From a virus (Duplodnaviria; Caudoviricetes), in the IMG/VR virus record IMGVR_UViG_3300037045_000362, positions 1 through 26,713 of that record: a stretch of 26,713 bases of DNA, one strand, 5' to 3'. This document shows, in pieces, positions 16,100-25,114 of this stretch. The notes beneath the pieces are model-generated. The model was not told the DNA's origin. It searched no databases and was given only the letters and a program-made list of their open reading frames with translations. Position numbers and translations under genes: made by a program. Each line of letters begins with the position of its first letter. The first letter of the stretch is position 1.

Positions 16100-16536
16100 T
16101 ATTTTAAAAAAATTTGATTATTCTCTAATGTTTCTAATTTCTTTTTGTACAGAGCCAGCAAAATATCCAGTTCTGAATCATTAAGCTTACAGGTATTGAA
16201 CCGTTTGAGTTCAAGCATTTCAACGTTCTTCTCACCCACCTTTTCTATCAATCCTCGTCTGTATCCTTGAATGTTCCCTTCCGTAAACCTGTTGCATTGG
16301 ATGCACTGTGCATTGACATTCATTTCATCGTATCGTGTAGCCATGTGCCGACGATTGATGTAATGACCAGCATCGCATTTATTGAAGTGAATAACTCTTC
16401 CACAACTTATGCAGAATCCGTAGGCGAAACCGCAGTCCCGACGACGGATATACTGGCTGAAAATTCTGTCTAATCGTGCTATCTTTCTACTTCTGGGGGT
16501 GGTGGGTGAAGTCTTTTTTTGTCTATTCCACCACAT
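16099..16536 (-). CDS. ninG: NinG/Rap-family HNH recombination nuclease
   Basis: FSQYIRRRD, CISCG, DAGHY, NVNAQCIQCN and GNIQGYR. Confidence 0.9.
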   Translation of the reverse strand: MWWNRQKKTSPTTPRSRKIARLDRIFSQYIRRRDCGFAYGFCISCGRVIHFNKCDAGHYINRRHMATRYDEMNVNAQCIQCNRFTEGNIQGYRRGLIEKVGEKNVEMLELKRFNTCKLNDSELDILLALYKKKLETLENNQIFLK

Positions 16537-16539
16537 ACT

Positions 16540-16956
16540 TTAGAAAGGAAATCCATTATTACTTGCCCCGGGCATTTCAACACGTTTTGGCTCTCCAAAA
16601 GCATCCGAACCCGATTGAGGTTGAGATGGTTCCGACTTAACACTCAGCAGTTCCAGATAGCTGACATCAAGATTGAGTGCTATTTGAGGTGCATTGCTGG
16701 CCTGACTTTCAAATAATTTGGCCGTAAAGCGCCCTTCCGCATAGACTTTTGTTCCCTTTTTTAGATACGCTGTAAGTGATGAGTTTTCACCAATGCGTTT
16801 TAAACAGGAGATCCATTGTGTTTTTTCGTGTTCCAATCCCTGACTGTCTTTATACTTATCAGTATGAGCTACCGAGAATGAAATAAAACTTGCAGTTCCG
16901 AATGTTTTAACGACTGCATCCTGTCCTAAATGACCTATAACTGTTAACTTTAGCAT
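16540..16956 (-). CDS. ssb: Single-stranded DNA-binding protein
   Basis: VIGHLGQDA, FSVA, EKTQW, YLKKGTKVYAEG and a PF C-terminus. Confidence 0.93.
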   Translation of the reverse strand: MLKLTVIGHLGQDAVVKTFGTASFISFSVAHTDKYKDSQGLEHEKTQWISCLKRIGENSSLTAYLKKGTKVYAEGRFTAKLFESQASNAPQIALNLDVSYLELLSVKSEPSQPQSGSDAFGEPKRVEMPGASNNGFPF

Positions 16957-17069
16957 AACTTATTTTTTAGTTTGTGTTTGTGTTGTTTCCATTTGAAGAT
17001 GAATTGACTTCTTGCAGCCAAATCACCTTTGAGTTCCTTTAATCTGCGACAATACTCTATGATTGTCAT
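16950..17069 (-). CDS. Small hypothetical ORF (39 aa), not in the ORF track
   Basis: MTIIEYCRRLKELKGDLAARSQFIFKWKQHKHKLKNKLC*; starts 1 bp after the upstream stop and overlaps the ssb start. Confidence 0.5.
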   Translation of the reverse strand: MTIIEYCRRLKELKGDLAARSQFIFKWKQHKHKLKNKLC

Positions 17070-17070
17070 T

Positions 17071-17763
17071 TCAGATAAGTTCTTGTAGTTCATCATCACA
17101 TTTTCGTTTTAATCGAATTCTACTTAACTTCTTTAAGTTCCTTAGCTTCTGTCGCAGCTTTTTACGCTTCATTGCCTTGTATGTTTCATAAGAAACGGCA
17201 TTGGCAGCCCAAACAGCCCGTTTTCTTTCTCGATGTTCTGCTTCCTTCTCTTCCTCATGCTTTCGAAGCTCCCGTTGACGCTCGGTAAGAAATTGATTCT
17301 TTGCTGTCATGATTTTAAGCGGATCAACAGTTCCATAAAACTCACCGTAATGTCCGAGCTTTATTTTGGCCATGAAAAGAGCAACTTCGGCAATGTTCAA
17401 AAAATAGCAATCATAGTAGAATAATGTTGAAATCTCATCCAGCTGATAATCTGACATCTTTTCTCTCACTCCAACATAATCGCAAAGGTTGTCAAACTGA
17501 ATTTTCAACCAGTTGATTGGTGCCATATCCGAATAAGCCTTCGCAATCTTCGCCAGCGTTGGATATGGATAGTGATGACATTTGACTATATCTGCATTAT
17601 TAGAAAGGATTGCTATCTGAATCTTAGGATTGAAGCGAACTGCAAATTCCATATAGGACTGTCCGAACTGCTTTCTGATTTCAGCAAGTTCCTGAGATTC
17701 GGGCTGCTTCTTCTGCAATGCGTTGTTTTCGGGTCTCTGTATTAAGTCTCCTATTGCTTTCAT
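17071..17763 (-). CDS. Replication-module accessory protein (possible DUF6633-like)
   Basis: Follows the initiator gene; LNIAEVALFM..IKLGHYGEFYGTVDP motif. Confidence 0.6.
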   Translation of the reverse strand: MKAIGDLIQRPENNALQKKQPESQELAEIRKQFGQSYMEFAVRFNPKIQIAILSNNADIVKCHHYPYPTLAKIAKAYSDMAPINWLKIQFDNLCDYVGVREKMSDYQLDEISTLFYYDCYFLNIAEVALFMAKIKLGHYGEFYGTVDPLKIMTAKNQFLTERQRELRKHEEEKEAEHRERKRAVWAANAVSYETYKAMKRKKLRQKLRNLKKLSRIRLKRKCDDELQELI

Positions 17764-18511
17764 GTTCTACTTTGAGTTTAAAGATTCCGGCCCAGTTGTT
17801 AGCCATTGATTGCTTGCATATTTGTCTTGCTACATCTGGACTACCCTCTGATAGCTCGATGAGCTTTTCAGCAAACGCCTGTACTGACTTATCAGACTTA
17901 TAGGTCTCTTTCCGGCTTTTCTTGTAGGCCAGCCATTCTGCTATGATAGGTTGGAAGTTGGATTCAATACCTTTCAGGTCGAAATCAAGCTGTGGCCGTT
18001 TGGATTTTGGTTTGGATTGTTGGATTACTTCATCCTGCACCAAAGAGTTATTGCTGACATTTACCGAATTAATGTTGACATTAATTACGTTGTTGCGTAC
18101 ATTAATCCAGTTTATGTTAGCATTAAATTGGTTTGTGTCAACAATTACAAAACGCCTGTCTGCTATGATTGATTTCCTTCGCTCACAGGCTGAGAAATAT
18201 CGCTTCTGGATTCCTGAACTGGTTAGTATCCCAAATTTGTCGAATAACTCCCTGTCAAAAATGGAATACCTTAAACAGTCTTCGATTATGTTTTGTATTA
18301 TGTCCATATCCACGTTTACATTCTTTTTGAAAATGAGTAGCATATCTTCATTCCAATCGGTGTAATATCCTGAACGGTAAATGAGTTGATACAACTTCAC
18401 CACAATTGCAAAACCTATCAAGCCATGCTTTGCCTCCAACAGCTCAAACTTTGAGTCCGGGGTGACATCCAAAGCGAAATAATCTAATCCCGTTTTGTTA
18501 GGTCGTGCCAT
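17681..18511 (-). CDS. Phage replication initiator (Lin1244/Lin1753, DUF4373-like)
   Basis: MARPNKTGLDYF, GILTSSGIQKRY, an internal heptad repeat and C-terminal QSMANNWAGIF. Confidence 0.85.
   Translation of the reverse strand: MARPNKTGLDYFALDVTPDSKFELLEAKHGLIGFAIVVKLYQLIYRSGYYTDWNEDMLLIFKKNVNVDMDIIQNIIEDCLRYSIFDRELFDKFGILTSSGIQKRYFSACERRKSIIADRRFVIVDTNQFNANINWINVRNNVINVNINSVNVSNNSLVQDEVIQQSKPKSKRPQLDFDLKGIESNFQPIIAEWLAYKKSRKETYKSDKSVQAFAEKLIELSEGSPDVARQICKQSMANNWAGIFKLKVEHESNRRLNTETRKQRIAEEAARISGTC
18041..18145 (-). repeat. Five 21-bp iteron-like repeats within the initiator gene
   Basis: Minus-strand units ATTGTTGACACAAACCAATTT / AATGCTAACATAAACTGGATT / AATGTACGCAACAACGTAATT / AATGTCAACATTAATTCGGTA / AATGTCAGCAATAACTCTTTG. 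Confidence 0.85.
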
Positions 18512-18522
18512 ATCATATAAAA

Positions 18523-18957
18523 TTAAAAATCAGCTAGGTTATATAAAAACTCCTCATCAGAAACATTACCTTCGATGAGTGAAAAAATCACATCACGAAC
18601 TTTGTTGTATAAATCCTTAAACTCAAACTCATCCATTTTTTCAAATGAGATACTCACGGATTCTTCCACCCATTCCTTGCGTTTGATGGAGTAAGTAAGA
18701 TTATAGTACCCTGCTGCTATCTGGACGCATTTTCGAAATCCTTCTTTGTTGTTTTTAAAGAAGCGAACCTGTTCTTCGTTCAGGTACTCCCACCCAATGT
18801 TTATCAGGGCGAAGTACTTACGATGAAAATCAATGTTTCGCGCCTTAACAACATCAACACGGTATACCTCATCGGGTTTCAGACGTTGTTTATTTTCAAA
18901 ATCTTCGTCGTACATAGGGATTAATCCCTGAGAAGTGTTTTTTACAAATAACCTCAT
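18523..18957 (-). CDS. DUF1367-like phage protein
   Basis: RNIDFHRKYFAL and SISFEKMDEFEFKDLYN. Confidence 0.8.
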   Translation of the reverse strand: MRLFVKNTSQGLIPMYDEDFENKQRLKPDEVYRVDVVKARNIDFHRKYFALINIGWEYLNEEQVRFFKNNKEGFRKCVQIAAGYYNLTYSIKRKEWVEESVSISFEKMDEFEFKDLYNKVRDVIFSLIEGNVSDEEFLYNLADF

Positions 18958-18969
18958 ACTTAGTAAAAA

Positions 18970-19695
18970 TCAATATGGATAGATAGTTAGTGAAATTTCC
19001 AACCCGGGCTTTGCAATAGTCACCGGGCGGCCACATTGTTCGACAATTGTTTGCTTCATTCGCTCCGGGTCTGAATTGTCCTCTGACAAGTGGAGAAGAA
19101 CGATATTGTCAACCTTCGAGAGTTCCTGATATTTCAATGTCCTGACAGTGGTTTTCAACTCCATGTGTGACATTAAAACCCGGTCTCTTACTTTATGATG
19201 AATTATGCTGTTCTCTACGTTGAAATCAATGATTTCATCGATATAATTACATTCTATCATCACATGATTAAGGTTATACATACTATAGTCAAACATAAAA
19301 CTGTCGGTCACGAATAACAAGTTTCCAATCTTTGGGTGTGATATATGAAAAGCATAGCAGGGTACATCATGATGAGCCTGAATTGGGTATACTGTGAAAT
19401 TACCAACCTTGAATTTTTTATCAGCCAGAATTTCGGTAGCTCCAACCAAACCATGAGCTTCTATTACATGTGAGTGAGTGAAGATATTAAAAGCCTTTTG
19501 ATAGTCCCTGCCATATTTTGCATGGTCTCCATGACTGTGGGATATCAGAACTCCGGCTACTTTTGAGACATTGAAATCAAGAGCTTGCTTAGCTTTCGCT
19601 AAGCTCACTCCTGCTTCGATGATAAGTGCTTCATTCTCATCCTGAATCACGTACCCGTTACCACGACTGTTACTTCCTAATACTGTAAGCTTCAT
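18970..19695 (-). CDS. MBL-fold metallo-hydrolase (putative exonuclease)
   Basis: LGSNSRGN, SHSHGDH, HDV, TDS, IECNY and LLHLS. Confidence 0.92.
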   Translation of the reverse strand: MKLTVLGSNSRGNGYVIQDENEALIIEAGVSLAKAKQALDFNVSKVAGVLISHSHGDHAKYGRDYQKAFNIFTHSHVIEAHGLVGATEILADKKFKVGNFTVYPIQAHHDVPCYAFHISHPKIGNLLFVTDSFMFDYSMYNLNHVMIECNYIDEIIDFNVENSIIHHKVRDRVLMSHMELKTTVRTLKYQELSKVDNIVLLHLSEDNSDPERMKQTIVEQCGRPVTIAKPGLEISLTIYPY

Positions 19696-19982
19696 GTTGT
19701 TGCTTTTTTGATTACATCTTCAGCAATAGCTACATTGTCGTCAGAAAAATATCTTTCAGGACAACAGCTTTCAAAAGATCTTAAAACTGCGGTAAGCGCA
19801 TCAATTAATTCAGGGGCTGAAGCAATAAGTTTTGCGTTTGCTCTTTCTTGAGTATATACTGGGAGCCCTGCATTTAATCTAAAGGCTACCACCCAATCTT
19901 TTTTGTCAGGAGTTAAGATAGCGTATTCATTTGCATCGCCTTGTTCGACAAGTAACCAAGGACCAGGTGTGTGTGCTGTCAT
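19692..19982 (-). CDS. Conserved small phage protein (HTPGPW / ANAxLIAxAPEL type)
   Basis: HTPGPW at the N-terminus and ANAKLIASAPEL. Confidence 0.75.
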   Translation of the reverse strand: MTAHTPGPWLLVEQGDANEYAILTPDKKDWVVAFRLNAGLPVYTQERANAKLIASAPELIDALTAVLRSFESCCPERYFSDDNVAIAEDVIKKATT

Positions 19983-20245
19983 ACTTTCGTTGTGTTTTCA
20001 TTAAATATTTTCATTCTACCATTATCACCATATAGCTCACTAAAAACATCAGTTATATCTGAGTTTCCTTTCTCGTTGCACAGTGCAATTGCTCCGATTA
20101 TCACTCTTAAGACATCCATTTCCTTTTGAATATATGCTACTGGTAACTTAAGATAACCATCTTCAATCTCGTCGTTCATTTTAGTACATAGTTTTTCGTA
20201 AGCTACGCAGGCTTGTTTGCGTAAATAATTGAAGTTAATTTCCAT
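19979..20245 (-). CDS. Hypothetical protein
   Basis: 88-aa ORF in the operon with a 4-bp overlap to the next gene. Confidence 0.7.
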   Translation of the reverse strand: MEINFNYLRKQACVAYEKLCTKMNDEIEDGYLKLPVAYIQKEMDVLRVIIGAIALCNEKGNSDITDVFSELYGDNGRMKIFNENTTKV

Positions 20246-20257
20246 GATTTTAATCAG

Positions 20258-21148
20258 TTAATATCCCGGCCCATCATCAGTATTTTCTTGCTTTTCTGGT
20301 TTTTCTTCCTCGAAAGGTACATCTTCCACATTGATATGTTTTGGTCGAATCTCCGCCAGTGCATTATCACGGGACTCCTGAGCTTCATCTGAATCCATCG
20401 AAAATGCATTTTGCATTTCAACCGAGAGATAACCCCATTTCCCAAGTAAGTTTCGCATGCAGGTTTTAAGTGCCATTTCAGTAAAGTTACCCATCCACCC
20501 TACCTTATCGGTGCTTTGAGCGGAATTGGCTAAAATTTTCAGACTTTCGACAGTTACTTCCTTAGAGTTTTTGAGGCCGGGGGAGTATTGTTTGGCGTGT
20601 TTTGCCATCTTTTCAACCGACATATAGAGTGTTTTGGAATATCCGTTGAGAAGCTCGAAATAGGCGAAATATCCTTCGATTTTATCGGACTTTTTCTCTC
20701 CATCTAAAGCGATTTCACCAGTAAGCTTGCTAACCCTGCGAAGTTCTCCTTCGTATACCACATCTGCGTTCAATGTTCGGTACTCTCCGGTTCGCATCGC
20801 CATTTGAATGTAACCCCTGTAACCGGGTATGAAAGTAGGCACCGGGACTTTTTGCCATGATCCGTCGGGCATTCTCACCGAATTGTTATACACTACGATG
20901 TAAGCAAAACCGAGCGCTTTGGTTAGTGGAAGTTTCAAGACTGCTGCTTTTAATGCCTGAGCAACTACCAAATTCGGGTCGCATGATTGTAGGGAAGTAT
21001 CACCTGTGTAAAGGTCGATGATACTGGCAATAAAGCTGTTACTATTGGTACCAAGAGCATTCTTAAACTGCTCCTGCACGCTCTCACTACTTAATGTTCT
21101 CTTCAGAACGTCTACTCTTCTGATGGGAGTTTTTTTTGTGTTATCCAT
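20258..21148 (-). CDS. recT: RecT-family single-strand annealing protein
   Basis: LGFAYIVVY, GYRGYIQMAMRTGEY, VVYEGE, GYFAYFEL and MALKT. Confidence 0.92.
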   Translation of the reverse strand: MDNTKKTPIRRVDVLKRTLSSESVQEQFKNALGTNSNSFIASIIDLYTGDTSLQSCDPNLVVAQALKAAVLKLPLTKALGFAYIVVYNNSVRMPDGSWQKVPVPTFIPGYRGYIQMAMRTGEYRTLNADVVYEGELRRVSKLTGEIALDGEKKSDKIEGYFAYFELLNGYSKTLYMSVEKMAKHAKQYSPGLKNSKEVTVESLKILANSAQSTDKVGWMGNFTEMALKTCMRNLLGKWGYLSVEMQNAFSMDSDEAQESRDNALAEIRPKHINVEDVPFEEEKPEKQENTDDGPGY

Positions 21149-21186
21149 AAATTTTCAATTAATAAATTATAGTTTGCTGTTATATA

Positions 21187-21207
21187 TGCTTATCATATAA
21201 GCACTTT
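21187..21207. promoter_or_regulatory. Palindromic site TGCTTA-N5-TAAGCA-CTTT, copy 2 (upstream of recT)
   Basis: TGCTTATCATATAAGCACTTT. Confidence 0.65.
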
Positions 21208-21221
21208 ATATTTAAAATTTT

Positions 21222-23189
21222 TTAAGCTATTTTCAATTCAAACGATTCTGTCTGAACTTGTTGTAGTTTGAAGTAATTCGGGGCAACTACCAGATTGATG
21301 ATTTGCGTGTCCATCTTGGGAATCTCAGTTACACTCTCACGGTTGTCAATCCATATTGGTGCACTTACTCCTTGCTTGATTGAAATTGCATGTATGATAT
21401 CCAGTCCGGCTGCAATCTGCATTGCATTGTTTAAACTCGAAAAGGGCACCCCATCAACCATACATTCAAAGACTGGAATAATCTGGCCATCCACCTGAGT
21501 TTTGAAAAGCCGGAACTTAACAAACCGGAACATCTGATTGATTTTCTCTTCGTACCGTGTATTCTTTTCAAACTCAAATTTTTTGGCAATGAATTCCTTA
21601 CGTTCCAACGAAGCAAGTTCCTGATTTAGGATAGATATCCGTTCTTCAAGTTGAGCAATTCGGGTTTTTGTATTGTTGATAACATCCTTAAGGGCAACTT
21701 TAGATTTTAGCTCATCAAGCTCCCTTGTTAGCTGGCGCTTTTCATCGATTAGTTGAGAATTATCAACTGTATTCGTGACAGTCGAAAGTTGAGCTTTAAG
21801 ACCTTCAATCTGTTTTGAGTTTTCGATGTATTGATTCATCTTTTCAAAATCATTGTTTTTCTGGTCTAAAGCAGCTAACTGACTTTTAAGAGAATCTAAC
21901 CGGGTACCGATAAACATTTCTTGCTTTTCACTACCTTTAAGCTGTTCAAGTTCTTCCGTGATTGACTTCAAACGTTCAACCACAGCAAGTCCTTCAGTTT
22001 TGTTGGCTTCCAGACGTTGAGTTTTAGAGGTGTTGAATTTGGCGGTCAACTCCTGCTGTTTTGCTTCAATATCGGCAGCTTCAAGTAATCGCTCACATGT
22101 CGGGCACTTAAAAGCATGCTCATCAAAGATCAATTCATCAGCCTTAATTGTTTTCCACTTTTCCCGTAATGCCTGAAGATTGATTTCATAGGCACCCTTC
22201 TCAGCTTCGAGAGCAATTCGACGATTAGCCACCATCTCAACTTGCTTCTTTGCATTGTTGATTTTAAACTCGACTTCAGAAATCTGAGAGCGAATTTCAG
22301 CTTTTTGCTCATTTAGCTTTGATGAATGTTGATAGCGAATTTCCTGCTGTTGAAGTTCAAGTTTGTTGATTTCAGACTGAATCGATATACGAACCTTGTT
22401 TTGATTTTCGGCGTTCGATGCAGCATCGTTCAGTGCTTGTTCGATTTCATCAACCCTAGCCTGCTTCATTGAAATATCCGAAGATATTTTTTCTTCATTC
22501 GGCATTTCAGGCATCCCTTCTTTGAGCCCTGCTATCCGTTCCGAAAGCCCTGATAATTCAGGTTTAATGCTTGCTTTTTGTGCATTTATCGACTTTTTGT
22601 ATTCATCGATAGTAATTCCAGTCAAATCGAAAAGTAATTTCTTAAAATCCTCGTTTTCTTCGGCTATTTCTTCATCCGTAATACTTACCATTGAAAACAA
22701 AAGTTTTCGCTGCTCGTCTTGCTTCAGACTGGTGAAAAAAAGCGGGTTGGTTATGGTTTTAAAAACAATGTCATCACACAATGTAGACACCAGATTGTCA
22801 TAGCGGGACTTGCTAACTTTTACATCATCGATGAAATATTCAGTAGTGTGCCCCTTTAATACCTCTTCGATTTCAGTTTTTGGCTTTACCCACACTTCCT
22901 GATAGCATCGACGTAGTTTGCGTTGCTCTCCGTCCACTAAAATAACCACCTCTACTTCGACATCCGATTTAGGAATAATATCCCCGGCTTTGTCGTAAGG
23001 TTTGATTTCATGGTCTGCTCTTCCAAGATGATCTTTACCAAACAGGCACCAAACAAACGAATCAAAGAGTGATGTTTTGCCGGAACCGTTCCTTCCGTAA
23101 ATCCACGTTTCGGGCTCATCAAAACTAAAAAATATGTTTTGTAGTCCCCTGAAACGGGTAATGTTAAGTTGTTTCAATTCTAATCTCAT
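21222..23189 (-). CDS. SMC/SbcC/Rad50-like ABC ATPase
   Basis: Walker A GRNGSGKTS, long coiled coils with a central CPTC zinc hook, and PIWIDNRES Walker B. Confidence 0.92.
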   Translation of the reverse strand: MRLELKQLNITRFRGLQNIFFSFDEPETWIYGRNGSGKTSLFDSFVWCLFGKDHLGRADHEIKPYDKAGDIIPKSDVEVEVVILVDGEQRKLRRCYQEVWVKPKTEIEEVLKGHTTEYFIDDVKVSKSRYDNLVSTLCDDIVFKTITNPLFFTSLKQDEQRKLLFSMVSITDEEIAEENEDFKKLLFDLTGITIDEYKKSINAQKASIKPELSGLSERIAGLKEGMPEMPNEEKISSDISMKQARVDEIEQALNDAASNAENQNKVRISIQSEINKLELQQQEIRYQHSSKLNEQKAEIRSQISEVEFKINNAKKQVEMVANRRIALEAEKGAYEINLQALREKWKTIKADELIFDEHAFKCPTCERLLEAADIEAKQQELTAKFNTSKTQRLEANKTEGLAVVERLKSITEELEQLKGSEKQEMFIGTRLDSLKSQLAALDQKNNDFEKMNQYIENSKQIEGLKAQLSTVTNTVDNSQLIDEKRQLTRELDELKSKVALKDVINNTKTRIAQLEERISILNQELASLERKEFIAKKFEFEKNTRYEEKINQMFRFVKFRLFKTQVDGQIIPVFECMVDGVPFSSLNNAMQIAAGLDIIHAISIKQGVSAPIWIDNRESVTEIPKMDTQIINLVVAPNYFKLQQVQTESFELKIA

Positions 23190-23365
23190 GATTTTTTCTT
23201 TTTAATAAATCGTCCGTTTTCCCCTTTCGATGGCTTGTACTTGAATAATTCCTCTTTTAGCACTTCAATTTCGCTGTTAAGCTCCTCACACATTGTTTTG
23301 TATTGTTCATTTGTGATTAACAGCTGATTTAGCCGTTTTTTACTTGTAAAAACTAATCCAAACAT
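23186..23365 (-). CDS. Small hypothetical protein (59 aa), not in the ORF track
   Basis: MFGLVFTSKK...KGENGRFIKKKKS*; ATGA overlap with the ATPase start; fills the operon gap. Confidence 0.7.
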   Translation of the reverse strand: MFGLVFTSKKRLNQLLITNEQYKTMCEELNSEIEVLKEELFKYKPSKGENGRFIKKKKS

Positions 23366-23369
23366 ATGA

Positions 23370-23636
23370 TTATTGATTTGATGTTAGTATAGAATCTAAT
23401 TGACTTTTCCGGAACCGGAGAATCCCGCCCACCTTATCGGATTTAAGATATCCGACCTTTCGCCACCTGAATAGCGTTGCTTTACTGATTTTCAAATATT
23501 GGCAGGCTTCATCGGTGTTTAAAAACTCTTCTTTCTCCGGCTCTGATTTGATTTCAATCTTTGGCTGTTGGGTTTCGACTAATTCGATAAACTGACCTAC
23601 AGTAAGTTGCCAAATTGGAGTGTTTGGGTCAAGCAT
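23370..23636 (-). CDS. Excisionase-like helix-turn-helix protein
   Basis: FLNTDEACQYLKISKATLFRW...KVGGILRFRKSQL. Confidence 0.85.
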   Translation of the reverse strand: MLDPNTPIWQLTVGQFIELVETQQPKIEIKSEPEKEEFLNTDEACQYLKISKATLFRWRKVGYLKSDKVGGILRFRKSQLDSILTSNQ

Positions 23637-23871
23637 CTTTAAATTCCTTTAATTTATTAGCACTAAGTTCTACATTTCTCAATAAATTTTCAAAATCGCC
23701 AATGGTATAGTAGATTTCTCCGAAATTAACTGACTGAACTAAATCATTCCCTTTGAAAACTTTGATGGTTGTACGTTGCCAATCAGTGACGATTGTAAAT
23801 TGTTCTAATTTCTGCGTCATCATTCGATTAGTCGTATCATGCTCCGTACAAAAATTAAAAACTGTGTCCAT
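23629..23871 (-). CDS. Hypothetical protein
   Basis: 80-aa ORF overlapping both neighbours. Confidence 0.65.
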   Translation of the reverse strand: MDTVFNFCTEHDTTNRMMTQKLEQFTIVTDWQRTTIKVFKGNDLVQSVNFGEIYYTIGDFENLLRNVELSANKLKEFKDA

Positions 23872-24071
23872 TAAAATAATTCGTTGATGTTAATGCCGGT
23901 CTCCTCAGACAATACTTTCAAATGCTCACTCATACTGGGCTTACACTTTCCTTTCACCCACATTCTCACGGTTGGTTCCCCCACATTACATCTGCGGGCA
24001 ACCTTTCTGATGAAATCACTCTTTGGTGCACTTCTTTCAGGCAAATTGTAATAGAAGTTTGACAAATTCAT
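23871..24071 (-). CDS. Cro-like XRE HTH regulator
   Basis: VARRCNVGEPTVRMWVKGKCKP; divergent from the cI-like gene. Confidence 0.85.
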   Translation of the reverse strand: MNLSNFYYNLPERSAPKSDFIRKVARRCNVGEPTVRMWVKGKCKPSMSEHLKVLSEETGININELF

Positions 24072-24097
24072 AACATAAAAACTTTTTTGATTAATAC

Positions 24098-24196
24098 TTT
24101 GTTACTTATATATATTTTAATATATTTGCATTCGTGTTATATAGTATATGCAAACTTACTAATATATTTAAATATATTCCTATGGTTTACTTATAT
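24098..24196. promoter_or_regulatory. Lysis/lysogeny switch region: opposing promoters and candidate operators
   Basis: Plus strand TTTG (24098)-N19-TATATTTG (24121); minus strand TAAGTTTG (24158-24151); three TTACTWATAT copies at 24102, 24156 and 24187. Confidence 0.6.
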
Positions 24197-24223
24197 GTTT
24201 ATCCTGATTAAATTTATTTAACA

Positions 24224-24580
24224 ATGGAACTTGATCTTCGCAAACTCAGGGATGAAAAAAATCTCAAACAAAGTGAACTGGCCGACATTTTGGGAGTAAA
24301 ACAGCCATACATCTCATCTATTGAACGTGGTCGGTATGAAATCTCTCATGAAGTATTGGAAAGACTAAAAGACAAATTTCCTGATATTAAGGACATTAAA
24401 ACAGATTACGGGGAAAGCAAAGTCATAATGATTGACGAATCGGAAGCTAAGAACCTGTTGAATATCATAGCTGAACAGTTGCAAAGAATTAAAGAAAAAG
24501 ATGAGCAAATCAGCCGACTGATTTCAATGGTTGAGGATTGTCAACAGAGAATAGCAAAGTTACAAAACGACATTTCATGA
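24224..24580 (+). CDS. cI-like XRE HTH repressor without a peptidase domain
   Basis: LRKLRDEKNLKQSELADILGVKQPYISSIERG and a C-terminal coiled coil. Confidence 0.85.
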   Translation: MELDLRKLRDEKNLKQSELADILGVKQPYISSIERGRYEISHEVLERLKDKFPDIKDIKTDYGESKVIMIDESEAKNLLNIIAEQLQRIKEKDEQISRLISMVEDCQQRIAKLQNDIS

Positions 24581-24646
24581 AAATAATATCTACATATATT
24601 ACAAATATGGCATACAAATATATTTGAAATATATTAATACAATTAT

Positions 24647-24878
24647 TATGTCAACATAAACGTAGTTAATGTCAACATTAATCCGGTTAATGTACTACAG
24701 AAAAGTCCAAAGTAAATATTATATATATACATATATAATACTCTTATATATATAAAGAAAACATAACTCGATTAATGCATACATTAACTGAATTAATGTT
24801 GACATAAACCCGGGTTATTGCAGAAAAAACCGAGTTAATGAAAACACAAACTCAGTAAATGTCAACACAAACAAAATT
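24647..24878 (+). repeat. Non-coding 21-bp iteron arrays (3 + 5 units) flanking an AT-rich element; candidate origin
   Basis: Units such as AATGTCAACATTAATCCGGTT at 24647-24709 and 24774-24878, with a TA-rich spacer between. Same consensus as the repeats at 18041-18145. Confidence 0.85.
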
Positions 24879-24907
24879 GAAGCAAAAAGTACGATAAATT
24901 GATTTAT

Positions 24908-25114
24908 ATGAACAACGAACAACTCAAACAACTGCTCGAACTGTACAAAAAAGCAGTAGCAAAAAATTTAACAGGTGATGATTTCGTAAAAGAAATTCAG
25001 TCGACCCAAATTCAAATTGACAGGTCATTTGTTCAGGCCGGCAAAGAAGATGCAAACCTTGGAGAGTATTTAGAAGAATTGTATCAACTTCAAAATAGCT
25101 ACATCAATGAGTAA
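24908..25114 (+). CDS. Hypothetical protein
   Basis: Short ORF (ATG at 24908 preferred to TTG at 24899) overlapping the next gene. Confidence 0.65.
   Translation: MNNEQLKQLLELYKKAVAKNLTGDDFVKEIQSTQIQIDRSFVQAGKEDANLGEYLEELYQLQNSYINE

Noticed and set aside
9838-22803. Many short antisense or alternate-frame ORFs in the track (e.g. 9838-10254, 12308-12796, 17943-18365)
   Set aside because: They lie wholly within well-supported genes and show no motifs; treated as shadow ORFs. The same applies to 675-902, 1189-1383, 2170-2850, 3930-4163, 7721-7906 and 25668-25904.
24647-24878. CRISPR array
   Set aside because: Repeats are tandem 21-mers without unique spacers, and there are no cas genes.
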